NCBI RefSeq assembly: GCF_018977255.1 | Contig: NW_024704743.1 | Location: 44,828,001 to 44,892,000 of the forward strand | DNA from: Callorhinchus milii | Lineage: Eukaryota | Direction: 5' to 3' | DNA: 64,000 bases | Position numbers and translations under genes: made by a program | Shown here: positions 12,294-24,409 of the stretch, piece by piece | Layout of the letters: each line of letters starts with the position of its first letter | How positions within the stretch are numbered: the first letter of the stretch is position 1 | Notes under the pieces: model-generated | Database searches by the model: none | What the model was told of the DNA's origin: nothing | What the model saw: the letters and a program-made list of their open reading frames with translations, nothing else

Positions 12294-13514
12294 AAATCCA
12301 GCTGTGGGGTGGTGATCAAACTAGAGGTGGATTGTAATCAGTAACACTGAGGGGAAGACAATAGCAGCCACCAAAGACATGTTACCGGGGACCAGATTCC
12401 GACTACTGAACAGCAGAATAAAAAAATGCAAAACTTTCTGGAATGTTCAGTCATGTGTGGTGTTTTTTATGCTCTCGCTTTTGATATTATTAAAATATTC
12501 ATGCAGAGAGTGGCTTGACTTGTGCAATTTCCAAGAGTGAAATTGGTTCCCTCCATGTAAATGTTGCATTTGCATCCATTTCCACCAGGTCCCTTCAGAA
12601 TAATTTAATGTGCCATTATAATATGATGCAAAGGATTCAGTGCACACATTACAGTATGCAACAATCTGGCAGGAAGTCATCAGTGTCAACGTGCGTGCCT
12701 TCCATGTTTGTCGCTTGGTTAGATACACAGACTCATTTGCAAATTGAAAATTCTATTAGATACTAAAAAACAACTTGACTTGTGTTAGGAATAAAGTTTG
12801 CCCTTGAAGAAACTGACGCTGATGGTGGATTTTGTCATTTTATTGTTTCAAATGGTTTGACGTAATTTAACCATTCTTGCACCTGCATATCACTTAGATA
12901 TCATTGGCTCAATTTTTTTTAAGTTATAAAGATTTTTCTATTGTGTTAAAATCTAAAATGGCATTAACCCTGATCAGAAACCTAAAAATTAAAATGCACA
13001 GCTGAGGGCTAACCTCAACCAAATCCCCAGACTACAATTTACATCCTGATCTTGTTAAATAATCCAGACACTAACCCTTACCCTAATTGGCAAGCCCGAA
13101 ATTAAATATAAGCAGTAAAAGTATGGAGGGCACAGGGAATTTGCCTGTAAGAAAGAGAATAAATATTAAAAGCCACAAATTAAATATAAACATTAGAAGT
13201 TTCCCAAAGCATCTTTCATTACTTGGAATAATGTGTAATATTCCACATGGGATAGATGCACTTGATCAATGTCGGATAAGTTACTGGTCACTGAGATGGC
13301 ATTACGTGCACTGACAATAGAATTGGACAGAACGGTGGATAAATCCATGGCAGCTGGTAAATAAAATGTTGGTGGTGAGAATTGCAATCGGTTGGTGAGT
13401 AAAGGCATCTCTTGCAGGCAACCCTGTATACAACTCAGCTCCAACACAACCCAGAGTAGAACGCCTGTTGATTGCATTAATAGCTGATTTACCTGTGTTT
13501 TGCATTCCTCTCAG

Positions 13515-13527
13515 CGGACACATTGAG
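13515..13527 (+). other. Candidate 13-nt microexon of an unidentified host transcript
   Basis: CTGAT branch-like motif, pyrimidine tract with TGC, CAG acceptor, GAG/GTGAGT donor, downstream TGCATG at 13583-13588. Confidence 0.35.
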
Positions 13528-13799
13528 GTGAGTTCCGGGAATACATGTAGAATATGACATGTGCCCATTGTTAGAAACCTGATGCATGCACCATCCCAAA
13601 CAAAAAAAAGGTTAATTTCCTTTTTTTGATTGAATTTTGAGAGAAAATTATTTTTTTACTGATTGACTTTGACTTTGACCAAAAAAAGGAAACTTGTGGT
13701 GAAAATTGGTAACAAAAAAACTACTTTAATTTTCTTTAGTTATAAGCCATGAAGAGATCACACTCTACCAGCATTGCATTGCCATGAGACAAATTGCAT

Positions 13800-13930
13800 A
13801 CATGCGGGGGAAGGTAATTGAAGGGTATAGGTGAGGGAATAGGAGCTTGTGTGGAGTAAAAACAGCGGCATAAACGAGTTGGGCTGAATGGTCTGATTCC
13901 ATTCTGAATTATTTTAAGTAACTCTATGCA
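13800..13930 (+). mobile_element. CR1-type 3' end fragment
   Basis: TTGTGTGGAGTAAAAACAGCGGCATAAAC...TTGGGCTGAATGG, similar to 22100-22260. Confidence 0.55.
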
Positions 13931-14689
13931 AATCTGAAAAGTAAATAATTAATTGACCTAATGTCAGTGAGTTTAACCGGTGCAAGGAGCAGCATCACTG
14001 GACACTGCATAACTAAGTGTGGGAACACAGGGGGGACAGGATGGCTGTGGAGAGATGGAGAGATTGCAACTCACTAACCTTTTTTATTTCATACTTTTAG
14101 ACCTTTTGGATATCACAATGAATGCTTCCTTCTCCTTTTGCGAATATTGCAAGTTACGTCCTGAGGAACATGTCCAGTCTGGTATAACAGCATATTGCCT
14201 TTACTGTTTTATTGCCATTGCTCCAGTTTTCTTGATTAAACGTAGCTAGAAAGGCACTGTTCAGCCTTTCCCTCACTGCTATCATTCAAAATGGAAAAAA
14301 TATATAGTTTTTTTTCAAAACTTCCTTTCCTAAAACTGATAGCATTACATCTGGCTAAAATGATTACATTGATAAACAGACAGTTTATAATAAAGAACAA
14401 TGGACATGATGTGAGTGGCGAAACATTGAATGTATGTCACATGGGAGGTAAAACAAATAACAGTGATTTTGGAAGTATCATAGTATAGGATATATTAGAA
14501 AATTACTTTGTAATATAGCACAACATATTCACAAAGTGTAGTCAACATATGTTATATGTATATATGTATATAGAGACAGAGAGAGGGAATTGTACGTGTT
14601 TAAAATTTCCTATCAGAAATCCTGTGAGAATCTATCTTATGCAAGTCATATTCTGTGAGATTTTCCTGCTAGTCTGAATGTGCCACAAG

Positions 14690-14985
14690 CTCAGGCCTCT
14701 TTCACATCTCTTCCCCACCCCCACCCCCCACCCCACCCACTCACCCACCTTTGGCGGCCCCGCTCTCTGGAACCCTTTCTCTGAAATTTCCTTTGCGTTG
14801 TGCACTCTCATTTTGCTTTCAATACCCTTCTAAAAACATATCTCTTCAATCATGACTTCAGTCAATGTCTTCCTAAACTCTCACTCTCCCCATCTGTTTC
14901 CCACTTTCATCGATCCTTCCTTTTGAAGCGCTTTGAGATGTTTTGCTATGTAAACAGTGCAATATAAGTGCAAGATGCCATTGTT
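14690..14985 (+). mobile_element. Old L2 3' end
   Basis: CTCTGGAAC...AAAACATATCTCTTCAA...GAAGCGCTTTGAGATG terminus. Confidence 0.6.
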
Positions 14986-15644
14986 ACATGATGTTTACAT
15001 TTCTAGTTTACAACAACAAAAATCAGTGCTATTTATCAAAAACACAAAAAAAATCACTAAATAACATTTGAATGATTATCTGATCATTTACAACATCCTC
15101 TTTGATTAGACTAAAGTCTTTGGTTTGACTTCTGTTTTATAATCCACAGACTGCTCTCCAGTATCCTCTATGAATCCTGATACACCATATCTCCTTATAC
15201 ACCGTGCAGAAAATATATTTTCACAAGGGCTAGAAATAACATAAGAGAATGATTTAAACCAGGCAAATGTGATTTCCCATAGGTATGAGTAAAAGGTTAA
15301 AATTTGGCTAGTCCCTTCAGAGACTGTCAACTGTTTTTATGTTTCCTGATAATGTCCATGTACCCTGAAATAGCAGCCTTCCCAATATTGTTGTAAGGAA
15401 GAAAAATAAGGGCACCAGGGATTGAGGGTAATAGGAGAGATTGAATTTGCCACAGCGCCAGTGAGTCCCGAAAGGCCTGCTACAATAGTATTGTGCACCT
15501 AGGTTTTTTTTATTGTATTTGAGCCTCTCCCTAACAGTGCCTGAAAATGACAATAATATTTTCTTTGCTCGCAGAAAATAAGACGAAATGTTAGAAAATA
15601 CTTAGCATTCACATTAACACTGTGCTATGACACACTGAGGGTGC

Positions 15645-15815
15645 AACAACAAAAATAACTTGTATTTATATACTGCTCTTCAATCGTAGGGGGGAGGTGG
15701 CTGTAAGCACAGTTGAAGAGGAAGGTCTTCAGGTGTGATCTGAAGACGGGGAAGGAGGAGGCAAGACTAAGGGTTGAAGGTGTAGGAGAAATGGGATGGA
15801 GACAAGGGGATGTGG
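15645..15815 (-). mobile_element. Old L2 3' end
   Basis: Translates FRSHLKTFLFNCAY (L2 ORF C-terminus); CAACAACAA tail. Confidence 0.65.
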
Positions 15816-15819
15816 AATG

Positions 15820-16215
15820 AGGAGAACAACAAAATGAGCTTAACATTAATTCTAATTAGTTCTGATCGTAGCTGGGCCACCTGGGGAGATTTTCTTTTTG
15901 ACCAGCCAAGTGCCTGGTACACACAGAAACCCATTACTATGCTGAAGACTATCCAAAGCATATCACTGAGAATTTCATATATGCGTGGAAATTTTGGCTT
16001 ATTTTGAATGGAGTGTGTACTCTCTCCCCAGGGGGATGAAACCTGCTCATGCAATCCAAGAAGGTATTGAGTGCAGATTGGCAATAGCCAAGTTTGGGGA
16101 CCACAGTGTTTTGGGATACCGCTGGTGTGTAACCACTAAAAACACATAGCTTGTCATTGTGAGCACTATCTGGCAAGCATCCTGCTGCTTATCCAGCTAG
16201 GACCACCCTACCCAG
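15820..16215 (-). mobile_element. Ancient unassigned repeat, possible RTE-like LINE 5' region (copy 2)
   Basis: GAAACCCATTACTATGCTGAAGACTATCC and TCTGGCAAGCATCCTGCTGCTTATCCAGCTAGGACC are shared with other copies; the minus frame reads VAQLRSELIRINVKLILL, resembling an APE motif. Confidence 0.6.
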
Positions 16216-16504
16216 GGGAAGATAATAAGCAGAATAAACATTACTGCAAGTGCATTGTTGTAGGCTGTTTTTGATTTTTGTTCATGTTTATCAAACTCCC
16301 ATGTTCTCCCAAACTACATTTAGGAATGTCTATTACTCAAGTGAGTTTTTTTTCTTTCGAAAATGCTATATGAATTCTAAGTCCAATTTTAAGATAAAGA
16401 AAGGAATGTCAATCTTCAAGTGAGTTAAATAGTAATAGTCCTACATTTGATACAGAGACTATGACATCAAAACATCTCAAAGGCACTAGAGATTGGGGCT
16501 GCCA

Positions 16505-16875
16505 CTGCACACATCACAGAGAGAGACACAGACACAGAGAGACACTCCCACTCACAGACACAGAGACACATACACTTACAGACATAGAGAGACACTTACT
16601 CACAGACACAGAGAGAGACACACTCAAAGACACAGAGACACATACACTCGCAGACATAGAGACACTCACTCACAGACACAGAGAGACACACTCTCACAGA
16701 CTCAGAGCGATACACTCCCCGACTCAGAGAGTGACATACTAATAAACACAGAGGAGAGACACTCACAAACACACACATACATACAGAGGAGAGAGAGACA
16801 CAGGTACACTCACACAGAGACACTCACATAGAGACACACACACACATACAGAGGAGCGACACACAGACAATCACA
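16505..16875. repeat. Compound (CA)/(GA) low-complexity repeat
   Basis: Recurring CACAGACACAGAGAGACACACT-like units. Confidence 0.9.
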
Positions 16876-17057
16876 CCAGGGGGGACTCGGGGTGAGTGAA
16901 GCCCACTTCCCGCTCATGCTGCACAGCGCTTACGCCTCCGGATCCGCTCCAGCCACAAAAGCGTTGAGCAAACAACTGGCAGCAGTGCAAGAGGTTCGGG
17001 ACCCCGAGCTTACTGTGTTTGGACAGGTTTGTAGTGGAGGGGGGTGCTTGTATTCAT

Positions 17058-17842
17058 TGCTGCACTTTTCACCTCAGCGAGCCAATCCAAAACCTCAGTG
17101 TCCTTTTCGACCCTCAGCTATCCTTCAAACCCTACATTTGTGCCGTGACCGGTACGACTTTTCCACACCTCCACAACATTAGTCACCTCCGCCACTACCT
17201 CTCACCGCAGGCCGCCGAGACCCTGATCCACGCGTTCATTATGTCCCGGCTTGACTACGCCAACTGCCTGCTCACTGGACTTCCCAACTCTGCCCTCCAC
17301 AAGCTGCAGATTATTCAGAACTCTGCAACTTGTGTCCTCTTCCCCACAAGGCTCTGGGAATCTATCACCCCCATTCTTGCCCAGCTTCACTGGATCCCTC
17401 ACTGGATTTCCTCAGAGAATAGAGTATAAAACCCTCATTCTTACCTTCAAGGCCCTCCATGGTCTTGCTCAACCCTACCTCTCCGACCTCATAATCCCAT
17501 ATCAGCCTGTCCGTTCCCTCTGCAACACTGAACTCTGAACACTGGCCTGCTTCAGGTTCCCCCACACTTCCCACCCCACTAATGGTGGTCAGGCATTCAG
17601 CATCTCTGCCCCCACACTCTGGAACTCTATCCCACAATCCCTCCACCTCACCCCTCTCTTGTTTCCTTCAAGTCCAGTCTGAAGACCTTCCCCTTCGATC
17701 GTGCCTTCAGCCACCATCCCACCCCTACGCCCACCGTCCTCCCCTTCTGACTCCAACTCCCAGCTTGGGTCCAAAACCCCTGATTGTCCAGTGCCCTGAC
17801 ATGAAGGGCTCTATACAAGTGTAATTTGTTGTTGTTGTTGTT
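17058..17842 (+). mobile_element. 5'-truncated L2 LINE
   Basis: AETLIHAFIMSRLDYANCLL motif; (GTT)n tail. Confidence 0.9.
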
Positions 17843-18949
17843 TGTAGCTGATTTCACAGAAAAATTGTATCTGCACTTTTCTATTGGCCCAGATTATGGA
17901 AAGAGCTCAATGGACAATGGACAGCCAACTGTGGGAGCTGGCAGCGGGATGCTGATGTCTTCAGGGCTTGTAATGAGCCTGGTTATCAGAAGCTGACTGA
18001 TTCATTACTAGAACTAAAGCATGTTCTGAAAATTTCTTGCTACAATTCTGAATCCTTAAATAAATTCTTGTTCCTCTGTTACCTCTGTCAGTATCCGATT
18101 TGACCTGCTGACGTCTATATGGGTTAACGGATCACTCAATGTCACTGTAACTGATTCAATGTGATTTATAAAATAGATAAAAATATGTAGTTTAATACTC
18201 GAGTATTCTTTCCAAAATTCTTATGCAGTCTTATTCAACCTAACAGAATATCAGAGAGAATTGCTGGAAGTACTGTATTAAGGCAAAGTTGCCATGACTC
18301 TGAATTGGAGTTCCTATAACAAATTCATTTTGTTCTTTCATCTTCATTCGAGAGACAGGGTAAAAATTTCCACTGGTCCATAAAGCTAAACCAACGGTAT
18401 GCCCCTGGGGGGTAATTTGTGGGATAATTTAAAGGGTTTGCACATGTACAATTCTGCATATAAACGTGGGACTGTGCTTGGACTCTGATCTTTATTACTG
18501 CCGGGTGAAGGACGCTATATAAATGCAAGTTATTGTTATTGTTGATCTGGGTGGGATATGGCAATCGTTTTATGTTTTCTTTAATGGGAAATTCAAGATG
18601 ATCAAATGATGACTAACATTACCAAATAGTGCCATTTTCACCCTATAAATTCCAATAGAACTGGTAACATTTCACTGCATTTCTTTTTTGGCTTTTTATA
18701 TTATTCATTTATTAGATCCTTTGGCATTTCATTGGGTGTTTTTGCAGAAATTAAAAGCTAGTATCTCACTGCGCAGTTCAGTACTCACAGGATGATTACA
18801 AGATTGTTTGCTTTGACCAGTGCAGGGCTTCAGACAAGAACAAGAAATTTGTGCACACCTGCATGAATCCCAACATGCATTAAATGGAGAGAACACATAA
18901 AAGCAATATGGTGCTGCCTGAGGGAGTCGCATCTACAAACAACAGATTC

Positions 18950-19282
18950 TATAACAACAATTTGTACTTATATAACGCCCTTCACACAGGACGATGTCTT
19001 GGAGCGCTTAACAGTAGCCAATGCCGAGCTGGGGGAGGGGTAAGGTGACTGTAGGCACAGTAAAATGGGAAGGTCTTCAAGCGCGACTTGAAAATGGGGA
19101 GAGAACGGGCCAAGCGAAGGGATTGAGGGAGAGAGTTCCACAACTTCAGGGCTTAGTAGCTGAAAGCACGGCTACCGACAATGGGGCGGAAGGTCTGGGG
19201 GACAAGGAGGAGGCTGGAGCCAGTCGAGCAGAGGCAGCGGGTATTAGTGTAATTCTGAAGAGCTAGTGGTCACTGAGGTACA
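18950..19282 (-). mobile_element. Old L2 3' end
   Basis: AACAACAATTTGTACTTATATAACGCCCTTCAC tail; GGAAGGTCTTCAAGCGCGACTTG. Confidence 0.7.
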
Positions 19283-19411
19283 ACATTCATCTCCTAAGCT
19301 GATTGTGACAGGTTTGAGTCTTAAGGTTTCCCATCAATCAGATTTGTGTGCCAGACTTTACAGGAATTACAGGGTGATTCTCCGGTGGTGGTTAAATTTA
19401 CAAACTTAATA

Positions 19412-19505
19412 ATCCTAATAATAATCCTTGCATTTGATATAGCGCTTTTCACGTCTTCTAGACGTCCCAAAGTGCTTCACAGAATATACTGTAAAGTGAA
19501 TTGAC
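19412..19505 (-). mobile_element. SINE 3' tail, in tandem with the next copy
   Basis: CCTTGCATTTGATATAGCGCTTTTCACGTCTTCTAGACGTCCC. Confidence 0.85.
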
Positions 19506-19507
19506 TT

Positions 19508-19831
19508 TAATAATAATAATAATAATCCTTGCATTTAATATAGCGCTTTTCACGTCGGGAGGACGTCCCAAAGCGCTTCACAGAACACACTGTAAAATGA
19601 ATTGACTGTATATTTGTGGGCGAATGCGGCAGCCAATTGCGCACAGCAATGTCCCACAAACAGTCGTGGATCGAAAATGACCAATTTTATTATTGTTTTT
19701 GGTTTTTTGGAGGGATTATTATTAGGCGTGTGGAGTAAGGAAACTTGCCCAAGGTTTCACCCTGCCGGGAATTGAACTTAGGTCTCTCACTTACAAAGCG
19801 AGTGCTCTAACCACTGAGCTACAGGACTCCA
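19508..19831 (-). mobile_element. tRNA-Ala-derived SINE, short subfamily, full length
   Basis: Ends CCACTGAGCTACAGGACTCCA; lacks the internal segment of the long form; nearly identical to 38742-39061. Confidence 0.92.
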
Positions 19832-19974
19832 TTCCATTCAGCTCTGAAACTTGTGGGGAATCAGACACCATATATTGTTCATTGCTGTTTTATGTCAGTG
19901 CACCAGATGCGATATTGTATATTGAATTAATTTGTACTATTACATAAGGGGATTCCTTAATAAGGAACCCAAAA

Positions 19975-20283
19975 CATGTAAGTAGAACCAAAGGATACAA
20001 CATACAATTGAAGGGGGATGAATTCAGAATGAATCTACAAAAACATTACTTCAATGAGTGAGTAGTAAACATATGGAACAGGCTCCCTAGGAAGATGGTG
20101 AAAGCAGAAAATGTTGATTAATTCAAGAACAAATTAGATAGATTTCTGTTAGGAATTGCGAAATAATATCTTGTGATATATAGTTTGGGACACACCATGT
20201 CGTGTGACTGCCAGGATGGTGGAAAGCAAACTGGATAGATTTTGGTCTTCTTTCACCTAGTATATTCTTATGTTATGTTCTTA
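19975..20283 (+). mobile_element. CR1 ORF2 C-terminus and 3' tail
   Basis: Translates VVNIWNRLPRKMVKAE...FKNKLDRFL; tail TTCTTATGTTATGTTCTT. Confidence 0.75.
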
Positions 20284-21479
20284 AGTGAGAACTTCCTCCA
20301 ACTGGAATGGAACTCTCCTCTAATGTGATTTACTTCTGGAGCAAAGTTCCCCTTGAGTCAATGGGAATTCTAACAGGATTCCTTATTAAGCAATCCCATT
20401 AAGAAATACCACAAAATCTTAATGAAAGAGAGAAAAACTGACGCATATCCCCAGGAGACCAAATGAGGCCACATCTGTGGGTCGATAAAACTGAACAAAG
20501 ATACAGCATGAAAAAGATTACAGCAAACTTTGGGAACAAGAATAGAAGGAAATTTGAACTTAACAGTGCGTATCATTAGAGGTTTAGCTGCTATTCAAAG
20601 AAATCATAACATTGCAGACAATACCTCACAAGATGGATTTTCTGAGTGAAATAAAGTCAGGCACCAGTATATTTTATTTCAGTCTGGCAAGCTTGGCTTT
20701 GACGTGTTCAGCAGCAGTCCCCTCCCAGTTAGTCATTGACTGTGGAACTGGTGTTATTTCCAGTACCTCTGAACCCCATTGAAAAAGGTTAGAGTTACAG
20801 TCTGGTACGTGCTACTCTACTGTACCACAGTTCACTCTATTCCCAGGTGTACGATGTGTGTGTTCACAAGCCAAATGTTTAAGTTTTTCTTGGCTACCTG
20901 CCATACACTAAATTCTCAAAACAAATCTAGAAGAACTTTAGCTTCTAATCGGTGGTTTCTCTGAGCTCCTTGTCTGCCCATGTTTGTGGTGTGTATTAAA
21001 AACCTATTCGGCACGGTGTCCCTGAACATTCTTTTGTTCGTTTTCATAGCCTGAACTAATTGATATCCCAGGGAGAAGATCAGCAAGACCATTCTGATAC
21101 CTCTCTAGAACAGAAAAACGTACAATGCCCCCTGCAGAGCTTCGAGGTATAATGTTTGGTGTGGGCAGTTTATATGGTTTTGAATGACTTTGTACAATGC
21201 ACATCTGGAAACAATTTCAGACATTCTTCGTAGATTAAAGCATTTATTTTTATAAAGAGGTTAGCCTGTCAGATTTCAAGCATGGTGAATTTAGTTACAT
21301 AGAAAGTGGAGCTCCCTTTAATCCTTAAAGCGTTAATGTTGTGCAAAAAAAACTAAGCGCAGTTTGAAGGCTGAGTGTTAAGTGGAGTCACTCACTAAAT
21401 ATCAGGCCTGCATTATCTTCAGTTCAGAGATGGTGAGTGCTACAGCTATTGAGATCACTGAGAAGGATCTTTTAGGTTT

Positions 21480-21750
21480 GTTATGAGATAGTAACAGGAA
21501 AGGCCATTTAGACCATCAAGCCTGTTCCACTAGAACATACTAACATCCAGTTTCCAATTTTTTCTCTTCTCCTGAATATGTTGACCATATTAGGGCTATA
21601 GTTCTAAGGGCAAAGTCACACTCCCATGTGGTTATTCTTCAAGTATAAAGGTGGACAGTGAGGTTTGAATTGGGACAGGCAAACGTTATTGTGCGCATCC
21701 TGTCCTCACACAATCCTGACGTGTAGGTGCTTCCCGCAAAGAGGGAGAGA
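21480..21750 (-). mobile_element. LF-SINE-like 3' fragment
   Basis: CTCTTCTCCTGAA, CCCATGTGGTTATTCTTCA...GGACAGTGAG and ATCCTGTCCTCAC resemble the reverse complement of the LF-SINE consensus as I recall it; CR1-type tail at 21480-21535. Confidence 0.45.
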
Positions 21751-22099
21751 AAAATCAAAGGGTAAATTCCAATACACTCTATTAATAGAGCTGGTAGGAG
21801 GTTCATTGTTGGAAGCCTGGAAACAGACCACTTTCCCAGTCTACAGTAGAGTGAATGGTGAATATTACAGGGAGAATCTTAATGCAATTTTACAAAAATA
21901 TTTCTAAATGTTTGAAAGGTATGATCTTATACTCGTGAAAAATTAGACTGAAGCCAAAAAACACTGATTTTAGAGAACTACGGTTCTAAATTTGAAGCAA
22001 GGAAATATTTTGCAAATGGGTCAATCTGTTTATTGCAGCTTCCAGTTTGCTCTTAAAATTGCGGGATTCAATTCCACATTCCTCCAAAGTAAATCCCAA

Positions 22100-22260
22100 A
22101 GGCTGAAAAAGGCTTTTGATGCATACACAAGGGAGGAGGGAATGGAGAGGGTATAGGAGGGTAGAATAAGATATGGCAGGTTGTGTGGAATGTAAACATT
22201 GGCACAGATTAATTGGGCCGAATAAACTATTTTTAGTGTCACTTTATTGAATTCTATGTA
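22100..22260 (+). mobile_element. CR1-type 3' end fragment
   Basis: TTGTGTGGAATGTAAACATTGGCACAGATT..TTGGGCCGAAT...ATTCTATG. Confidence 0.55.
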
Positions 22261-22389
22261 AGGCTGTTTTGAGGCCAATCTTTTGCTTTTTGACCCTTTC
22301 CTTAACTTTTCCCTAACTTTTCCGATCTTTTCTTGGCTGACGAACTCAAAACACCAGACTAAACTGACAGGGCTTATAACATCTGGTTT

Positions 22390-22620
22390 GCAGACACCAC
22401 AAGTTATTTGACTGTGGAGGGCATCGCAGCCAAATTCAGTGCTGTTCTCACCAATATCACCATATGCACTTGCCAGCAGCAATCACTGTATAGTGACTAT
22501 GAACAGGATCCTCTTGATGAGATCAGCTAACTCAGCAGTGACCCTGAATCGAACCCGTGACTTCCTGCTCTTTTCTGCAAAACTGGGAGGTGCTTCTGCT
22601 CACTAGGCCAGGAGGGGAGC
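22390..22620 (-). mobile_element. LF-SINE-like element (head and body)
   Basis: Reverse complement has B box GGTTCGATTC, then GCTGAGTTAGCTGATCTCA and GGCTGCGATGCCCTCCACAGTCAAATA, matching LF-SINE hallmarks as I recall them. Confidence 0.6.
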
Positions 22621-22974
22621 CATCTGCCAGCATTTAAGCGATTTGTTTGATTGTACTGTATCCTTGCGTTTTATTTTTCGCTCAATCTCAAATCACTTTA
22701 TGTCATTCCCTGACAGGCTGATGCTCTTAACAAAAAAAAATCAATTAATGACATAGGTTAACAGTGAACGTGGAATGAACGTTTAAATGTTAATATCCTT
22801 TGTATTGTGAGAGAAATTATCTCTGATTGTTATCTTGTATCGAAAATAATCTAATCCACACCTGTGATTGTACAAATTTCTCTTTTTACAAACTGGAATT
22901 TTATTCATTCTTGTGGCTAGTTTACACAGATTAAATCAGATTAAATATGTGGAATTCAAGATGGACCTTGTCCC

Positions 22975-23215
22975 TGGGTCCATTTCCCTCTCCACCCTCC
23001 CTCTGCACCCTCCCGCAACCATGCTCTCTGTTCAGCTATCAGTGGCCTACTTCATGTCCCCCGCCCAATCCACCCCACCATCTGTAGTGGACAAGCTTTC
23101 AACCTTCCTCGCCTGCTCTCTGGAACTCAATCCTGGAGTCCTTCTGCCTTTCCCTTCTCACCTTTAAAGCTACCTTAAATCCTTTCTTTTCAACTGCGCT
23201 TTTGGTCACCTTCTC
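22975..23215 (+). mobile_element. Old L2 3' fragment
   Basis: CTCTGGAACTC...CCTTTCTTTTCAACTGCGCTTTTGGTCACC. Confidence 0.65.
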
Positions 23216-23217
23216 TC

Positions 23218-23640
23218 AGGGCTTGGCTCAGTGGACAGCCCTTTTGTCCCTGGGTTAGAAGGCTATGGGTTCAAGTCTTATGTTGGGGACTTTGAGCTCA
23301 AGGTCTAGGCTGGCACTCCATTGCTATGCTGGGATGTATATTGTTGGAGTTGCAGTCCTTCAGATGAAATGTTAACCTGAAGTCCCATCTACCTGTTCAG
23401 ATGGATGTTAAAGAACTCATGACACTATTCAAAAAGAGAAGTGATTTTCTCTTGGTGTCATAGCTAATAATTCTCCGGTTAAATTGGTCATTTACTTCCT
23501 GGCTGTTTGTGGGACATGAAGATTATTTTGCAATGATATTTTTGGTAAACTGATAAACAATCATGTCACACATTTAAGCGCTTTGGGAGCCTACTCTATG
23601 TTAGGGGTGCTGTGTAAATGCAAGCTGTTATTGTTGTTGG
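23218..23640 (+). mobile_element. Older SacSINE1/DeuSINE-like SINE
   Basis: CTTGGCTCAGTGG...GGGTTCAAGTC head; CCTGTTCAGATGGATGTTAAAGA body. Confidence 0.65.
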
Positions 23641-23794
23641 ATTGCATTTGTCACCCCAGACGAAAAGCATGGAAAGCATGCAGTGCAAAAAAAAATTATA
23701 GACTGAAATAGCAGTTGGTGTTATGAGTTACACTTTTGGCAATGTCGGCCGATAATAGGATTTCCATGTTATAATCGTGCATCACTAGTAGCAC

Positions 23795-24077
23795 CTTTGT
23801 AGTCCTACCATCAGTAGCCGAGCTTTCAGCCTCTCTGCCCCCACATTCTGGAACTCCATCCCACAGTCCCTTTGCCTCGCTTCCTCCCTTGCATCCTTCA
23901 AGACCGGTCTCAAGACCCTCCTCTTCGATCGTGCTTTAGGTCGCCCTCCCACCTCTCTGCCTTCCCTCACCCCTACCCCACCACTCCCTCATGCTTTGGT
24001 CCTGACCCCTCACTGTCCAGGACCTTGGGACATCCTTGTGAAAGGCGCTCTATAAATGTAATTTTGTTGTTGTTGTT
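23795..24077 (+). mobile_element. L2 3' end
   Basis: Matches 8170-8452; (GTT)n tail. Confidence 0.85.
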
Positions 24078-24409
24078 AGTAATGCCAATTGGATTTTCAG
24101 CACAATATAGACAAGGATAACCTTAAACACTGGACAAAACAATGCCTCTCTACTCTGCTGACAGAACACATTGATGTTTTGGAGAGCAGAAGCACCAACA
24201 GCCTAAAGGGTTCTCCAAGCTTCGCTTTATACGATGGTTCCTGAAATATAAATGTGATTTAAAATAAAATTAAAGCAGCTCTGACATGAGTTTGAGTAAT
24301 TGGACCAAGATTTATCTCAAAATGAGAACTATTTTTCTAATCACATTGGGTCGCAACCAGACACCATGTGACAGAAATGCATATTGCAAAAGGTTACATA
24401 CATTATGTT

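Noticed and set aside
12960..13090. Telomere-like TAACCC motifs (also near 27276)
   Set aside because: Too few and too degenerate to call an interstitial telomeric array.
16461..16831. His/Arg/Thr-rich ORFs
   Set aside because: Translations of the CA/GA low-complexity repeat.
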